Source of the DNA: Chara braunii
Lineage: Eukaryota > Plantae > Charophyceae
Direction of reading: 5' to 3'
Assembly: GCA_003427395.1 (NCBI GenBank)
Contig: BFEA01000038.1
Coordinates: forward strand, 364,012 to 428,011
DNA length: 64,000 bases
How positions within the stretch are numbered: position 1 is the first letter of the stretch; every line of letters starts with the position of its first letter. The notes under the pieces were generated by a model. That model had not been told where the DNA came from and did no database searches. It saw only the letters and a list, made by a program, of their open reading frames with translations. The translations under genes were made by a program, and so were the position numbers. This document shows, piece after piece, positions 25,873 through 37,538 of the stretch.

Positions 25873-27238
25873 TTGCTTGGCTTTCTCCACCAGTTTCTCG
25901 GTGAGGTACATGGCGCCGGATCAGAAATTGAACAGCAGATCCACGACCAATTCAATCTGAGTGCCGCAGAAGATGAATTGAAAGTCGCAGAGACAGTTGT
26001 TCAAGTAATAGAGATCGGCAAGAAGGTTGAAGACCTCATAAAGCAAGGACGAATAGTCCTTGATCGGTATGTCACTGAGAATCTGGACGAAATGGAACAA
26101 GAAAGGAAGAAAAGAAAAGAAGAAAAAAAGACCAAAGGTGGAACTGCAATTGTCTGTTGAGATAATGGAGGAGAATGTTAGACAATTAGAAAACACACTA
26201 AGAGAGGAAATAAGAAAGATTGAGGAATTCTGGAGACTACAAGAAACACAAGAAGAAGAAAAAAAAATTATGGACGAATTAAGGCAAAGATTTCATTATG
26301 AGGAAGCAGGCAGCGAACTTGCATCCATCCTTCAATCTATCATGATCTACCTTGTTTCTCTCGAAAAGAAGATTGACTGCAACAATGTCTCGTTAGAAGT
26401 AGTGACCAGACGTTTAAAGGGAAAGGAAAAGGTAGGGGAGTTCGTGAAGAAGGAACCTCAAGAGAAATTAATGAAGAATGCAATGAAGTGAGTTACGCTA
26501 AAAAAACCCGAAGATTCTAAAAAAGAACCTGAGAGACCGGCCGAAAAGAAAGTAGAACCGGCTAAGCAGGAAAAACCGGTCAAGGAAGTTGAAAAACCGA
26601 AGAAGAAAGAGAAGGTTAAGATGAAGTTGCCGTTTACATATAACAACAAAAAATGATGAAAACTTGTTGTTATAGATTGTCGAAATCTAGACGTACTGTA
26701 GCACCGCGCCCGTTGAACCTGAACGTCAGGTCTCTTTCTCTACGTTTTGTCTGGGAGGAGTGGCCATGGAATGGGTGCTGGTCGAAACCAATGTCGTTGG
26801 TTTTGAGGATATTGGTGAGTGGGCTGAGACCCTTAACCTCAAGCAATTTCTCCAAAAGATCAAGGAAAGATTTCTTGACAAGACGACGACCGATAAGGCC
26901 TTCGACGAACTCACTACGATCAACAAGAAACGTTGGACTTCAGTAGATGCGTTGTTACGTGAGGCTGGCCGTCTTTTGCAGGCACCAAGGTTGAACTTAC
27001 AAGACGATCAGGTCCTGTACATTTACTCACGTATACTGCCCGATCCCATTCGTGGACAGCTCGTGGCAAAAGCCAAGTCTGGTAAGTACAATTATCGACA
27101 ATTTCCCGATCTCGCTTTCCAACGAGAGCAGATGAGCGCACAGGTAAAAAGGTCTTACGCTTCAGTGGTAAAGTCGGGACCGGTTGGTGGATATGACAAG
27201 CGGGTCCTTTGGCGGCAAAAACGTCGGGACCACATGCT
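25873..27238 (+). pseudogene. gag: gag of element C, 5' part (coiled-coil N-terminus plus capsid-like domain)
   Basis: E/K-rich ORF fragments, then KVKMKLPFTY and FLQKIKERFLDKTTTDKAFDELTTI...YSRILPDPIRGQL. The frame resumes after element B. Confidence 0.8.
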
Positions 27239-27534
27239 TGTGGTGGACCCACCGGGTGAGGTGCTCCGCCTTGGATGGAGATGGAGGATGAGGGTGGAGC
27301 AAGATGGCACAACGCAGCTCCCACGCAGACTCCAACGCATGTACTCCAAAACAGTGCGAATGTAGACTGATCCAAGTACAGACTCTGGTTGGGGTATACC
27401 CTAGCGGACTGACTGGACTGGACTGAACTGGCTAGTACCGACAGAGGTATCGGCCTGGATTGGCCTACCCTGAATACAACACAGGACTGTGGGAACAAGC
27501 CAAGGTCTCATAGACCAACCAGAGGTCCGCTGCA
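27239..27534 (-). repeat. 3' LTR of element B (296 bp)
   Basis: Reverse complement of 13314-13622; TGTGGTGGACC...GGTCCGCTGCA. Confidence 0.92.
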
Positions 27535-28849
27535 CGATCCTTGGTCTGTGATGAATCGCCTTGATACAATCACACTTCCGCCAAGAAGCGGAACTCTACC
27601 AAAGAAAAGAAAACCCGAAGTAATCTAGGATGTGGAACAAGCTCTATGCTGAGTCCATGCGATGCAACCTAGGCTAGAAAATATCACAAAAGCAACAATG
27701 TCACAACTAACGGCCTAAGTGAAAGCAGAAAGCAACTAACAAGTATACATGTCATAGGAAAACAGAAGGTAATAACAACTAAATCCTAGAATGTTGGAGG
27801 CAGTAGCCTCAATCAGGAAACAACTAACTAGTGTACAAGTCCTAAGAACAGTAGAAGCAAAAACAACAAAATTCTAGAAATGTTAGTGAGAGTAGCCTCA
27901 GTCTGAGAGCAACAAAGCAACAACAAGACAACCGTATGTCACATGAGGAGTGTGTCACAAACCACAGGGTGGGATGGTCTCTGAGGGTGGCGAATGCGAC
28001 CTAGGGGTCGATAAACTCCTAAGGGCATCCACACATAATGACAGGGAAACACATGTCATCAAGCTCAATGAGGGTAGGAATCTGGGAGCGAACAAAACCA
28101 ATGACGCTAATAAATAGACCATCAGGGCGGGTAATGCTTGACTAAAGGGGTGACCGCTATGTAGGGTCGACCATGCAAAGAAAACAGGGAGTCTGGTATA
28201 CTGGGCGCACCTAGATAAGGCATGCAAGCCTGCCTAACTAGGGCGGGAGAGCCGACAAACGCTAGAAAAAGTGATGGGTAAGGGAATCATGCAAATGACT
28301 CCTAAAGTGAGGGAAGTCGGAGCTAGATTCGTAAGCTAGAAAGCCAGGGCAACGCTACGGTCTCGATGCCTATGCGTATACCAAGGGAGCGCCCAACTCA
28401 GAGGAACCCGGCGAAGGGAGACCATCATGCGACATAACCACGGTATTGTACAGGGTAAGGTGGTAAGAGAGTGACGACATCTAAAGTAAGCAGAGATGAT
28501 CATGCCGAAGTCCGTGAAGCTGTCGATGACGTCCATGATGAGAAGTCTTGAATGCCGTCCAGGAAGAGCCGCAACGTCGACGAGCTGAAGTAGCAAAACT
28601 GGAGTGGATGGAGTACTTAGAAGTCAAAGACGTGAGAAGATAAGTCAGAGTCAATCGTCGTATCGGGCAGGACGACGATGAGTGCACTGTGGATGCTCAA
28701 AAGCATCTGACTTCTGCTGAAGGTCTATCTTAGATGGAGCAGGCTTGACTTCAGCGGTCTCCTCAGCAGAGGGAGAAGAAAGAGGGTTAGTAGGCTGAGG
28801 AGAAGCAGTCAACCCAGCACGACGAGCACGGTCATAGGCACGCATCAAC

Positions 28850-31800
28850 ATGCGAGCATGCTGCAAGTGCTCGAGGGGCTCCCAAGTAGCCTCATCATCA
28901 GGGTGACCCTTCCAGCGTACAATCGAAATCAATATCATTTATTTACGTTTTTTTTTAGAGCAATAGAAAATGCGAAAAGAGAGGGACTTGGAGATACTCC
29001 ATGTGAGGAGGGTTGTCATCAGTGACTCGACGACCAATGATGTCTGAAACGAGGAACTCCTCGTGGCCATCCGAGAGAAGGTTAACAACAATCGTATTTT
29101 TCATCACCACTTCAGGACACCCTTCACCACTTCTGGATGCAGCCTGCCTAAACAGGTGGTTTACAGGGTCTTCGGACCTTTCACCACTTCAAGATCCTTC
29201 AGGTCTAAAAATCCTGAATGATCATGAAGTGGTGAAAGCTCCAAAGACCCTGAAAACCATCTGTTTAGGCAGGCTACATCCTCAAGTGGTGAAGGGTGGT
29301 TTTCATGGTCTTCGGACCTTTCACCACTTCAAGATCATTCAAGATTTTCAGACTGCCCAAAAATCTCACTTGACTACTTCAGGACACCCTTCACCACTTC
29401 AGGATGCAGCCTGCCTAAACAAGTGGTTTTACGGGTCTTCGGACCTTTCACCACTTCAGGACCATTCAGGATTTTCAGACTGTCAAAAACTCTCACTTCA
29501 TAATTTTCATTCCTGAATTCTTAGTTGCCCGATAACTGCTTGTGGGTCGTCCACCATGATGGGTGAAGGGCGCTCGTATGGTCGTCCAGCGAAATGCTTG
29601 GACGATCTGCGGTAGGGACGCAGTAATGAGACGTGGTAGACATCGTGCACACGAGCCTGGTGTAGGTAGTCGGGCAGCTTCACACGGAAGCTGACCGGGC
29701 TAAATGTTGTATCATAATCGACGACCTTGAGAATGCGGCATGGGCCAATAAAGCGACGCCGGAACTTACGAAGCGTGTCCGCCTCGAGCTGTAAGTGGCG
29801 GACGTCGATAAGCACATCATCACCGACTTTGAATGAATGATCCATCCTCGATCGGTTCGCACGTGCGGCCTTGCGAGTCTGGGAAGTGGTTATGTGCTCA
29901 TGCGTGGTCTTCATGATAGACGTTATGTGTACAACTCAATCATCCAGCGCGGGACAACTCGTATCGGGGTGCATATGTGATGGTCGAAGGAAGTCCGCGG
30001 GGATACGAGGGTGATAGCCGAGGTCGCAATAGTAAGGCGATATCCCCGTGGTTGGCGAGACGGCGCGGTTGTAGGTTATCTCTGCGTGGGCAAGATAGAG
30101 ACCCCATTGCTGGTCGTCACGAACAATCTTTCGGAGAATATCTTCGAGAGTCCTATTCGTGACCTCGGTTTGACCATCAGTCTGGGGATGGTAAGACGAG
30201 GGGAAGCGGAGCTGGGTGCCGTACACCTCGTGGAACCGTCGCTAGAATCGGCTGGTAAAGCGCGGGTCACGGTCAGATATGATGCTCAGAGGTAAGTCGT
30301 GGTCACACACGACTCGGTCAAAGTCGACCTCTTCAGAAAGAGTGCACGCTTTGTTCCGTGTCGCTATGCCATCAGTGCATGTGACGACCAGGATATCATC
30401 ATGACTGTGGGTGGTAGGACGACGAAGAGGACTGATAAAGTCCATCGAGATGGACTGCCAACAACCCTCAGGGATAGGAAGAGGTTGGAGCAAACCATAA
30501 GGCAGGTGGTTCGCACTGTTCACCTCCTGACAGGTGGGACACTCTCCGACGTAGTCCTTCATAAAGTCCTTGCACTTTGGCCAGACGTATAGGCGGCTCA
30601 CACGAGCCAACATCTTGTGGAAACCCATATGAATGGCGGCTGCCTGGTCATGGAACTCTGCTACTGCTCGGACACATAGCTGTCAAGTGGAGGAAACGCA
30701 AATTCGGGGCTCTCTGGTGCCCTGTGAACCGTGCCAGTATACAAGACCATTGTCCCCGAGAGAGCAGTTGAGGACGGTCTTGCCAGTCCGAAGGGTCACA
30801 GGGATGTCGCGATAGTCGGGGCAGTGGCGGTATTGAGTGCGAAACTCGTCGGTAACGGAGTGGTAGACGGTGGTGACCGAGATGGTCGCGAACTGGATCT
30901 GCTTCAGATTATGGTCAGGGCATCGGGATAAGGCATCTACGACCCGATTGGTCTCACCCTTGATGTACTAGTCTCAGTGGTGAAACTAAACTCGGATAGG
31001 TCGCACCACCAGCGAGCCTTTGGAAAAGTGAGCTTCGACTTTGTCAAAAAAAACCTGGACAAGGGAGTTGTCTGTGCACACAAGGAATGATGCCCCGTGC
31101 AAGTAGTGACGCCAGTGTCGAGTGGCACAAACTAGTGCGAGAACCTTACGTTCATCAGCAGTGTAGTTTATTTAGGCGGGCAGGAGCTGATAGGAGTAGA
31201 AGGCTATCGGACAATCTCCCGAGCGAGACTCGACAGTGCCGTCCTTGGCGATGGTATGAGAATAGTCAATAGAAGGCTCGTAAGTAGCTGGACGAGTAGG
31301 CGTCAGGCGGTAAGCAATGGTAGGGGTAGGGGGTTGGAAGTGAGGGATGCGAGGATGAGAGGAATCAGGAGAGGAGGGGAAAATATGAGAAGGCATTGCT
31401 CCTACAACAAAGTATGAGGCATCGGTGGTAAGGATAAAAGGGCGATCAAAATCGGGTAGGTGGAAAACCGGTGCACATGTCACCACCTTCTTGAGGGCGC
31501 GGAAGACGTCCTCGCGGAGGGGTGTCCAAACCCATAGCTGGTTCTTCCGAAGGAGGGTAGAGGTAAGGATGTAGGAATACCTAGCATATTCCTGGATGAA
31601 ATTACTATAGTAACTAGCGAGGCCTAGTTACTATAGAAGCTGCTTGGCAGACGTAGGGGCGCTCCACTCCGCAATAGCAGTGATCTTCGTGTCGTCCATG
31701 AGGAGACTCTGACCATATACGTAGTGTCATAAGAAATTCACTTTATGCTGGGCAAACCGGCACTTGCTCAGTTTGGCGTAGAAGCCATGTCTGCGCAAGA

Positions 31801-33250
31801 GGTTAAGGACGTCACAGAGGTGTCTTAGATGCTCCTCGAGGGTACGACTGTAGGTCAGGATATCGTCAAGTTAGACGAAAACGTACTGCTCCAGGATGTC
31901 CATGAAGATGTCGTTCATCGTCGTCTGGAAGGTAGCGGGTGCGTTGGTGAGGCCAAATGGCATCACAGTAAAATCATAGTGGCCGAGGCGAGATCGGAAC
32001 GATGTCTTCGGTTGGTCCCCTGCAGCAACGCTGATCTGATGGAAACCGCTACAAAGATCTGATTTCAATCTTCGTTAAAAACCGGTTGCTTGCGAGGCGG
32101 TCGAACATCTCGTCGGAACGAGGTATGGGTTAGCTATTCTTCACCGTGTAGAGGTTGAGAATGCGATAATCGATGCAGAGACAAGGAGTTTCATCGGCTT
32201 TGCTCGCAAAGACTCCACGAGGAGTTGCTGGGTTTAATGAAACCCAGTCTCAGGAGGACGGGTGCACCCCACGAGGAGTTGTTGGGTTTAATGAAACCCA
32301 GTCCCAAGAGCTCCTCAAGCTTACGCTTGAGTTCGGTGGCCTCGGGGATCGAGAGTCTGTAGAGTGTCTGGTGGTGAGCATGATAGTCGGGCACACGCTG
32401 GATGGAATGCTCGACGTCGCGCATCGATGAGATGTCAGCGTACGAGAACGACGATGGGAAAACGTTGTGGTATTCTCGAATGAGGTCACGAAGTGCGGTC
32501 TCGAGGTCGATCATATAGCGTGCGAGTTCCTCAGCGTCAGCGTCAGCGAGTGACGACGGGGTGGACTCGACGGACGACGGAGAGAGGGAAGTAGAGATGG
32601 AGGCCATGAAGATAGAAGGAGGATCTGGCTCTAGAGAGATGAGCTCAACGTTGGGACAGGGTGGATCATAGTGCACGAGATCCGTAACGTTCACCGTAAA
32701 GAAAGTGACATCGTCCTTGCGGATGAAGTGAGCGAATTGCAGAGCCGAGGTGACGGTGATAGTAGGAAATGGTGTGGGGACCGAAAGCTCCGAGGGAGGA
32801 GGGTCGGGGCGTGGTGTCCCAGTAGTACCTACAAAAGATACTCGATACGTCTGTCCACACTTCGTTCTGAGAACGAGAGTGTTGGTCACCCAATCGGCCT
32901 CGGTGCTTCAGAACCAACGAGACCACGAAATACCGAGAATGAAATTATACCTCGTCTCCATCACATCGAAATGTGCAGAGGAGCGGTGGCGACGAAACGC
33001 CGGGGGACGATCAGTCGGCTCCAGAGTGAGGAAGAAAGGGAGGTCGGTGACCGTCTGATTGAAGAAGCGTTGGGTCTTGTCATCTCCTAGGGGGAGAGAA
33101 ATGAGAGTCGAAGACCCTGTCGTGGGTAAGCGTGCTTCCGTTACCACACGTGGGTCAATGAAGTCGCCCTGAGAACCGGAATCCCACAGCACTAAGTACA
33201 CCCTCGTGGAGGTCCCGAGTCGTACTGGAATGATCGGCAGGGTACGATCA
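28850..33250 (-). pseudogene. pol: pol of element B (PR, RT, RNase H, integrase, chromodomain), decayed
   Basis: YLVLWDSGSQGDFI; [20 protein letters not shown]; FILTTDAS; CPTCQ, SISMDFI, SSYHPQTDGQTE; FIGPCRI; VRWKGHPDDEATWEP. Confidence 0.95.
29073..29544 (-). mobile_element. Non-autonomous transposon, family X copy 3 (472 bp), 8-bp TSD GGCCATCC/GGTCGTCC
   Basis: GAGAGAAGGTTAAC...GATAACTGCTTGTG. The empty site is visible in element A at ~11675-11685. Confidence 0.9.
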
Positions 33251-33649
33251 AGGTCAGAGAGCATGGCGAGAAGGCGACGCATTGCAGTGACATGGCGGGT
33301 GAGTCGCTCTTGACGAGCCTGGAGCATGCCCAAGTCCAGAAGGGAGGACACAACGTCCTTGCGAGTCGCAAGCTGCTCGCTGCAACGGGCTGAGCGAATG
33401 GCTTGACGGGTCGGTAGTCGCGGAGAGGTAGGAGGGGAGACGGCGGTTATGCGGAGGCGCAAATAGTACTACGACAGAGGGCTGAGTCCACTCTTTCGGG
33501 TCCTGCGATACCTCAACTCCAATAGCGAGAGGGACAAACCACGATGGCGATGCCGGGAAGCCTGAGGAGGGAGCAGGTGTACATCGCACCATGGCTAGGA
33601 GGCGCGCGGGGATGCAAGGCGCCGGGGGGAGACTAAACACGACGATGCC

Positions 33650-36000
33650 GGGAAAACTCAGCGTAATGGCGGTCGAGGGTGGCAGTGCAAAGGCACCGCG
33701 AGGAGGTATGACCGTCCTGGCGGCAACACAAACACCCACGCCAGCCCAAAATGGCCACACACTCCTCAATGAAAAGGACACCGTGAGGAGGGACAACGCC
33801 CTGAGGGAGGTCCTGCTGAGGGACCTCAGGAGGCGATGCGCCAGTGTGACCAGAGTGGCTTTGTGCTCAAGAGAGGGTGGAGAAGGCGAGTTGGATGCGC
33901 TCAGTGATAGGGAGGGTAGAGTCCTCTAGGTGGTAATTGACGACCTCGCAAAGGTCGAGGTCATCGCTATGGTCACCCTCAGGCGACAACGGGGCAACAA
34001 CGTTTTGCTCACCATACTCGAGCGCACTGAAGGGGCATGAGAAGTGGCGGCCCTGCTGCTTGGAATGGCGGGGACGGCCGCGAAAAGGGGAACGGCGCTC
34101 GGAAGTTCCGTGAGAGAAGGAGAGGGCGCAACCAGTACGCTGAGGCTAGGAGGAGGTAGTGGGGTGAAGACGGGCCCGCATCCGTTGGTAGGCCCTGGCG
34201 GCCTCGTAAGCCTGCAGGGCCGATGCGAAGTCATACCACCATAACTCGGAGCGGTACTCAAGAGGAAGGCTGGCCAAGAAGCGATCGATAAGGGAAGCCT
34301 CGGGGAGGAACGCCATATCGCAAACGAGGCGGGTGTCCTGAAAGACTTGGATGTGACGGTCAAGGCCGGCAGTGCCACCTGAGCCGGACCAGCGTGTACT
34401 GACAACACTCTCGAAGGCATCAGTCACATCGTGTCGGGCTCCAAAGCGATCCTTAAGGAACGCCTGGAAATCCATGAAGGTCGTGGTCCGAAAGAAGGTC
34501 AACAACAGTCGTATTTTTCATCACCACTTCAGGACACCCTTCACAACTTCAGAATGCAGCCTGACTAAACAGGTGGTTTTCAAGGTGTTCGGACATGTCA
34601 CCACTTCAGGATGCAGCCTACCTAAACAGGTGGTTTTCAAGGTCTTCGGACCTTTCACCAGGACCATTTAGGTCTGAAAATCCTGAATGGTCCTGAAGTG
34701 GTGAAAGGTCCGAAGACCCCGAAAACCACTTGTTTAAGTAGGCTGCATCTTGAAGTGGTGAAGGGTGGTTTTCATGGTCTTCGGACCTTTCACCACTTCA
34801 GGACCATTCAGGATTTTCAAACTGCCAAAAAATCTCTCTTGACTACTTCAGGACACCCCCTTCATCACTTCAGGATACAGCCTGCCTAAACAGGTGGTTT
34901 TCAAGGTCTTCAGACCTTTCACCACTTCAGGACCGTTTAGGATTTTCAGAGTGTGCAAAACTCTCACTTCAGAATTTTCATTCCTGAATTTTCAGCTACC
35001 CGATAACCGCTTGTGCGTGATCCGACCCTCACGAAGGGAGTGAGTGTAGAAATCTTCCCAGGCATCAAAAGGACCACCACACATGCGAGTGGAGAGGTGA
35101 GCCACCTACTGGTCAGGTGGGACGCCCATGAGCTGGAGCGTGCGGGTGGCAGACTGCAGCTACCGAGACACGTGTATCCCTTACCGTCATACAAGGCAAT
35201 GTCCGTCAAGCGACCAAGTGGTGCACCACAGTTTTGGTGGCGAGGAGATCGAGAAGCCGAGGTCTGCGCTATGGTCGAGTAAGTTGGCGCAGGTCCTGGA
35301 GAAGGGGGTGCAACTAACTGTACGCCCGGGCCGCATGGTGGAGCGGCCGGGGGAATAGCGGCTGGTTGCGCGGGAGTTGAGGTAGAAGAGGTTGCAGCAA
35401 CCCATGGAGTAGGAAGGAGGTAGGATGGGGGTCGCAAGGATGTAGGGCGAGGGAAGCGAGCCTGCATGGAAGGAAGAGTAGAGGAAGAAGGAGGTGCGCC
35501 CGAAGGCGCGACCACCTGTGAGGTTAGGGGTGGTTGAAGGCGTAAGAGGACGAGGTCGGCCCGGATCTGGGCCAGGTCGGCCTCAAGACGTCTCACATAG
35601 ATCAAGCGAGGAGTAGTGGGAGAAGTGGACGCATGAGCAGCGCGGGGCATCCCACAAGGGGGAGAGCCAGGTGGTGCTGCGGTTGCGCGAAAGGGAGGGA
35701 GAAGCGGGGCACCCGGAAAAGCTGAGACCGTGGCAGAGGGTCGTGTCACGTGGCCGTAGTGACCGAAATCTGGGCGGGTGAGCCCGTAGAGTGAGGGAAG
35801 GCCTGACCCGTGGCGGCCGTCACACTAGGTGCGTAGACGGTCACCAGAATGGTCGGGTCATGGGCAGCGGAGGAGGAAGCTTCACCATGACCACCATGTC
35901 GGAGGACGAGGCACCCTGACTGGAAGCCAGGAGGAGAGACAGAGTTGGGAGAGGAAGGACGGGCAACGTCTTGAAGTTGCCACATGCCAGCAGCAAGAGT
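33650..36000 (-). pseudogene. gag: gag of element B with a long Pro/Ser/Ala-rich N-terminal region
   Basis: ORFs 34964-35749 and 34146-34505 (FQAFLKDRF...LIDRFLASLPLEYRSEL); knuckle CLCCRQDGHTSSRC near 33700. The true start is uncertain. Confidence 0.8.
34490..35015 (-). mobile_element. Non-autonomous transposon, family X copy 4 (526 bp), 8-bp TSD CGTGGTCC/CGTGATCC
   Basis: GAAAGAAGGTCAAC...GATAACCGCTTGTG. The empty site is visible in element A at ~6815-6825. Confidence 0.9.
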
Positions 36001-36609
36001 CGCCACCTGCGCCTATAAGGGCGCAAGGGTCGCCAGTTGCGCCTGGATGGGCGTTAGGAGGGAGGTGAGGAGGGTGTGCAGACCCCCTGGGGCTGATGGC
36101 CCTGGTACGACGGCACGGGTATGGAGCCCTGTGCCGAGGTCGTCACCACATCGACGGCTTGGAACACGTCGTCGCCCATGGGGAGGTGACGGTCCGGACT
36201 TGAGGGGCCAGAGGAGGTCCGCGTGAGCGGAGGGCGTAAGGGGGGGTCTGCGGTCGAAGGCGACGGGCGGCGCTAGTGAGTCTAGCGCAGGCGCCGTCGA
36301 AGGGTGAGGGGAGGTTCGGGTCCAGGGTGCCCGAATGAGAAGGGGAAGTAGGGAGAAGGGGTGATGGGAGAGTTGGGGGGTTGGAAAACCCTAAACCCTA
36401 AGAAAACCCTAACCGGAGTTTTAGTGGTTAGGGTAGGGTATCGGTGACCTAATTAAGAGACGAAAATAGCAACCATGGAGGGAAGGGGGAGAGAAAAATA
36501 AATAAACAATAAAATTTCGAGAGAAAAAATAAAAGAAAATAAATAATAAAAATAAATAAATAAATAAATAAACAAAACGTGAAGAGAGAAAAAATTATTT
36601 ATTTTTTGG

Positions 36610-36950
36610 AATTTCCGGCAGCATTTTCTTACCCCCCATGGAGTCAAGAATGTGCCAAGAGGATGGAGAGACCAAGATAAGCACACAAAGGTTCAAAATG
36701 CCGCAAATTATAAATTTTAAAAAATAAATAACAAAATAATAAGTAAATAAATAAATAAATAAATGAGGAGATGGAGAGTGCAGAGAGACTAAGTGTTGAA
36801 TTTTTTAAAAAAATCGGCAGCATTTCGTTACCCCCATGGGGTCGAAGTGTGTCGGAAAGGATATGACTAAGTAAGATGTAGAGAGTGGGGAGAAAAGAGA
36901 AAATTCCGGCAACACTTCGTTACCCCCACGGGGTCAAAATGTGCGTTGAG
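36610..36950. repeat. Three related hairpins in the 5' leader of element B
   Basis: CGGCARCAYTT...TTACCCCCAYGGRGTC...TGTG at ~36617, ~36815 and ~36906, separated by A-rich spacers. Confidence 0.75.
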
Positions 36951-37330
36951 GGCGAAAATAACTAAGTCCTACCAGATCTAGAGATGCCGCATAAAAAGTT
37001 CGAAATTTCAGAAGAAATAAAAATAAAAAGAAAATAAATCAGAAAATGAGAAAGGAAGAAGAGAGAGAAAGAGAATTCGAATTTTTGAAGAAATAGGAAA
37101 TTTAAATCAAAAGAAAGACAAAAAGAACAAAAACAGAAAAATTCGAAGTTTGGGGGGGAAGAGATGAAAAAATGAAGAAGGAAGAGAGAAATAGGTGAGA
37201 AAGAGAAAAGATGGAAGTGGAAGGTCGGGGGATGATGGGGTTGTAGTTGGGCGAGAGGAGGGTGAGAGAATGAGAGAGAAAGGAATAGGAAAGGTGGAGA
37301 GGAGTAGAAAATATTAGTAGAAGTGGGACC

Positions 37331-37538
37331 CCAACACACGTACTCCAAAATTGTGCGAATGTAGAATGATCCAAGTACAGACTCTGGTTGGGGTATACCC
37401 AACGCAGTGATTGGACTGGACTGGACTGGCTGGTACCGACAGAGGTACCGGCCTGGACTGACCTACCCCGAATACAACACAGGCATATGGGAACATGCCA
37501 AGGGTTTGGTCTCATAGGCCAACCAGAGGTCCGCTACA
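37331..37538 (-). repeat. 5' LTR of element B, lacking the inner ~90 bp
   Basis: Matches 27332-27534 only. No counterpart of 27239-27331 and no recognisable PBS adjacent. Confidence 0.85.

Larger units (their letters stand above)
27239..37538 (-). mobile_element. Ty3/Gypsy chromovirus LTR retrotransposon B (same family as A), nested in gag of C, 4-bp TSD TGCT
   Basis: TG...CA outer termini; TGCT at 27235-27238 and 37539-37542. Excision restores CAC ATG CTT ATA GTG (H-M-L-I-V) in host gag. Confidence 0.95.

Noticed and set aside
26608-26620. AGAGAAGGTTAAG as another family X/Y terminus
   Set aside because: Lies in-frame within gag (EKVK) with no partner end or TSD; chance match.
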